A program made the translations under genes and the position numbers. Below the pieces are notes generated by a model, which was not told the origin of the DNA, made no database searches, and saw only the letters and a program-made list of their open reading frames with translations. A stretch of 60,132 nucleotides of DNA from an uncultured Clostridia bacterium (GTDB lineage Bacteria; Bacillota; Clostridia; TANB77; CAG-508): contig CAKPSX010000005.1 of assembly GCA_934184665.1 (NCBI GenBank), positions 1 to 60,132 on the forward strand. Direction: 5' to 3'. This document shows positions 57,267-60,132 of this stretch, piece by piece. Positions within the stretch are counted from its first letter, which is position 1; the number at the start of each line of letters is the position of its first letter.

Positions 57267-58778
57267 ATGAGTAGAGGCAAAAGATATGAAACAACAGAAA
57301 AACAATTGAATTATCAAAAAGTCGTAGCAGTAGTAATAGCAATAGCAGTAGTCATAATGTTTATTTTCATAATAAGAAGTGCTTTTAAAGAAAGACAAAA
57401 CATCCATAAAGAATATGAGTATTTTACAGTATACTCAGAAAATAAATGGGGTGTAATAAATCAAGAAGGAGAAATTGTAATACAACCATCATATCAAGAA
57501 ATGATTATAATTCCTGATAAAACAAAAGACGTTTTTATTTGCATGTATAATGTGAATGAAGAAACAGGCGAATATAAGACAAAAGTTATAAATAGCCAAA
57601 ATGAAGAAATATTTACAAACTATGAAAAAGTTGAGGCAATAGAAAATATAGATAAAAATGAAAACGTATGGTATGAAGAAGGAATATTAAGAACAGAAAA
57701 TAATCAAAAATATGGATTAATAGACTTAGGTGGAAAAGAAATTCTACCATGTGAATATGATAGTATAAAAGCATTACAAGGAATTGAAAATAGTCTACTA
57801 ATACAAAAAGATGAAAAAGTAGGAATTGCAAATAGCAAAGGAAGTATAATTATAGAACCTAATTATAAGGAGATTAAAAACCTTGGGGATACTTATAAAG
57901 AAGGATATATTACCATAAATGATGAAAACAAATATGGTGTAGTTAGCACAACAAAAAAACAGGCATTAGACAACAAATATGATGATATTGAACAAGTTTA
58001 TTTAGATAACTATTATCTTGTAAAACAATCAGGTGTAAAAAGAGTAATAAATACATCTGGAGAAATAATTTTAGAAGGCAATTTCGATGATATAACATCA
58101 AATACATCAAAAGGCTTTATATTTAAAAAAGGTGATTTATATGGGGAAATAAGCACTGAGGGAGATACAGTTATAGAACCAAAATACCAATATTTGGAAG
58201 AAACAGAACCAAATATATTTATTGCAAAACAAGATGATAAATATGGAATAATAGATGAGCTTGAGGAAGTAAAAATACCATTTGAATATACAGGAATAAA
58301 ATACAACGAAAAGGCTAATTTATTTATAGCAGAAACTTCCGAATATAAAACAGCATTAATAGACAAAGATTTTAATATAAAAGTTATAGGAATATTATCA
58401 GAAATAAATACAGAAAAATCATATATAAGAATGAGAGTTGATGATGGATATAAATATTATGATTTTAATTGTGAAGAAAAACAAAGTAAAAATGTATTAC
58501 CTGATAACACATTATTTTTAAATAAAAAAGATGGTAAATATGGTTTTGTTGATGAAAAAGGAAATGTAGTTGTTGATTATATATATGATGACGCTACAGA
58601 ACAAAATCAATATGGATTTGCTGGGGTAAAGAAAAATGGACTATGGGGTTCAATAGATAAAGATGGTAAAATAGTAATAGAGCCAAAATATAATTTAGAA
58701 AATAATTTACAAATAAATTTCATAGGAAAATGGCATTTAGGACAAGACATAAATATGAATTATTATTGTGAAAAATAA
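57267..58778 (+). CDS. Membrane-anchored WG-repeat (KWG-like) protein
   Basis: An N-terminal TM segment is followed by many repeats of ..KYG(L/V/F)ID..G..(V/I)I.P.Y..I, e.g. KYGFVDEKGNVVVDYIYDDA and LWGSIDKDGKIVIEPKY. Confidence 0.75.
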   Translation: MSRGKRYETTEKQLNYQKVVAVVIAIAVVIMFIFIIRSAFKERQNIHKEYEYFTVYSENKWGVINQEGEIVIQPSYQEMIIIPDKTKDVFICMYNVNEETGEYKTKVINSQNEEIFTNYEKVEAIENIDKNENVWYEEGILRTENNQKYGLIDLGGKEILPCEYDSIKALQGIENSLLIQKDEKVGIANSKGSIIIEPNYKEIKNLGDTYKEGYITINDENKYGVVSTTKKQALDNKYDDIEQVYLDNYYLVKQSGVKRVINTSGEIILEGNFDDITSNTSKGFIFKKGDLYGEISTEGDTVIEPKYQYLEETEPNIFIAKQDDKYGIIDELEEVKIPFEYTGIKYNEKANLFIAETSEYKTALIDKDFNIKVIGILSEINTEKSYIRMRVDDGYKYYDFNCEEKQSKNVLPDNTLFLNKKDGKYGFVDEKGNVVVDYIYDDATEQNQYGFAGVKKNGLWGSIDKDGKIVIEPKYNLENNLQINFIGKWHLGQDINMNYYCEK

Positions 58779-58820
58779 TAAATTAATAATAAAACAATTA
58801 TGAAAGGAACGTTGTAGTAA

Positions 58821-60053
58821 ATGGAACTAAAGACGAAGTATCAATATACATATTTTATATATCCATATGTTATAAAGGAAAGTAAATATACAAAATATTT
58901 ATTAAAATTATTAAAAGATGAAAATTGTAAATTAAGAATATTTAAAAAGGATAAAGATTTAGATATATATTCGTATTTTTCACACAGAACTAAAAACTAT
59001 ATGTTTAATAGTTTTAATTTAACAAGGTCAAAAATAATGAAATTAGAAGAACTGCCTGTTGATACAAAAGCAGCAGTTCTTTCGAAGAATCCGTGCACAA
59101 TATTTGAATATACAATTAATAAAGATATTCAGGGAAAAACAGAAGAAAGAAGCGGAATATTTTTTAAAATATCTAAAATAGAAATAATCTGTTTTAATAC
59201 AGGAATCTGTTTTTTATGTATAAAAACAAATATTGAAGAAAGTGACAGTTTTTCAGATGTTTTAAATTTCAATTATAAATTTAGAGATATAAATCAAGAA
59301 TTTAATAATATGAATAATTATGATAATATAAGGGTTCAAACAAACTATTTTAGTGATGTTAAATATTTTAAGGAATTTATAACAAGTATTACAGGCACAA
59401 ATATAGAAGCAATGAAACTTGATGTAGATACAGAAAGATTTTTAACATATTCATATGTATGTGTAAATCAAGAACATTGGGATAATACACATGAGTTTCA
59501 TAAAATAAAAGATAATTATATAAAATTTCTTAATATATTACCAAGTGATAATAGTGTAAATTATTCAAAAGAAAATATGAAAGTGATTTCTAAATGGAGA
59601 TATGCAAAATTAGGATTAACTAAACAAGGTGCAACATTATTTTGCTCAGGTGCAGATATAAATAATTATACTACATTTCCTCAAAAGTTTGAAGAACAAT
59701 ATTTATATACATATATATTAGCACTATATACAAAAATATATTTGAAAAAAATAGACTTGGAATTTAGACAAGGAAATAAAGTGAAAAAAACTAGAAAAGA
59801 ATTTATTAAATTTACACAAACTTTGTGGATAAATGAAATAACATCAGATGATACAGGCTCATTATTTTTTCAATATTTAAAAGATGTATTAGAATTAGAT
59901 AAAATATATTTTAATACAAAAAATAAATATGATATATTATATAAAGAACTAAAAATAGAAAAAAATACAAAAATTAATATATTAATATCAATATTATTAA
60001 TATTAACAATAATATTTAATTTATTAAATATTTTTTATTTGTTTAACAAATAA
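58821..60053 (+). CDS. Hypothetical protein with a single C-terminal TM helix
   Basis: ORF only. The C-terminus is INILISILLILTIIFNLLNIFYLF. No family recognised. Confidence 0.5.
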   Translation: MELKTKYQYTYFIYPYVIKESKYTKYLLKLLKDENCKLRIFKKDKDLDIYSYFSHRTKNYMFNSFNLTRSKIMKLEELPVDTKAAVLSKNPCTIFEYTINKDIQGKTEERSGIFFKISKIEIICFNTGICFLCIKTNIEESDSFSDVLNFNYKFRDINQEFNNMNNYDNIRVQTNYFSDVKYFKEFITSITGTNIEAMKLDVDTERFLTYSYVCVNQEHWDNTHEFHKIKDNYIKFLNILPSDNSVNYSKENMKVISKWRYAKLGLTKQGATLFCSGADINNYTTFPQKFEEQYLYTYILALYTKIYLKKIDLEFRQGNKVKKTRKEFIKFTQTLWINEITSDDTGSLFFQYLKDVLELDKIYFNTKNKYDILYKELKIEKNTKINILISILLILTIIFNLLNIFYLFNK

Positions 60054-60132
60054 AAAAATAAAAAAATAAAAAAATAAAAAAATAAAAAAATAAAAAAATA
60101 AAAAAATAAAAAAATAAAAAAATAAAAAAATA
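60051..60132. repeat. (TAAAAAAA)n octanucleotide tandem repeat, at least 10 exact copies, running off the window end
   Basis: T residues fall at 60051, 60059, 60067 ... 60131 with an exact period of 8. The first unit contains the TAA stop of the preceding CDS. Confidence 0.9.

Noticed and set aside
60051-60132. Periodic repeats at both window ends as a possible CRISPR array
   Set aside because: The units are 8 nt (or 34 nt at 491-558) with no unique spacers and no palindromic ~30-nt repeats. No cas genes are present. These are simple A-rich microsatellite or minisatellite sequences.

Overview
This window is a chromosomal segment from a very AT-rich, endospore-forming Firmicute (Clostridia-like). 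Hand counts give about 27-30% G+C. Most genes are housekeeping, envelope or sporulation genes on the + strand:
- rsmI, abrB-like, spmA/spmB, murA, spoIIR
- a UDP-sugar pyrophosphorylase plus phosphoglucomutase pair, ttcA, tRNA-Arg(CCT), tadA
- the SRP-RNA/dnaX/ybaB/recR block, ypeB, an alpha/beta SASP, murF
- a yhaO/yhaN-like nuclease pair, prfA, a ZIP transporter, pcrA, cotF-like genes, mecA, radC
- mreBCD-PBP2-minC and spoIIE

Accessory content:
- a 1291-aa beta-helix/SLH/LPXTG surface protein
- a frameshifted DUF3800 gene
- an orphan VirD4-type coupling-protein cluster
- a TetR-controlled MMPL/YhgE-like export locus
- a HEPN/MNT toxin-antitoxin pair

The stand-out anomaly is one CDS at 34266-35237. 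By hand count it is about 45-60% G+C and uses AAG/CTG/ATC/GAG codons. It has its own near-consensus promoter, SD and a perfect terminator, and sits between the YhgE-like gene and the sbcD-like operon. Its product looks like a compact GT-B (GT4-like, EX7E) glycosyltransferase with no pathway partners. This is my best candidate for the novel or foreign system.

A second, milder composition outlier at 41827-42291 encodes a secreted copper-amine-oxidase-N-domain protein. No CRISPR array, rRNA, transposase or integrase was seen. All family assignments come from reading the translations. No searches were run.
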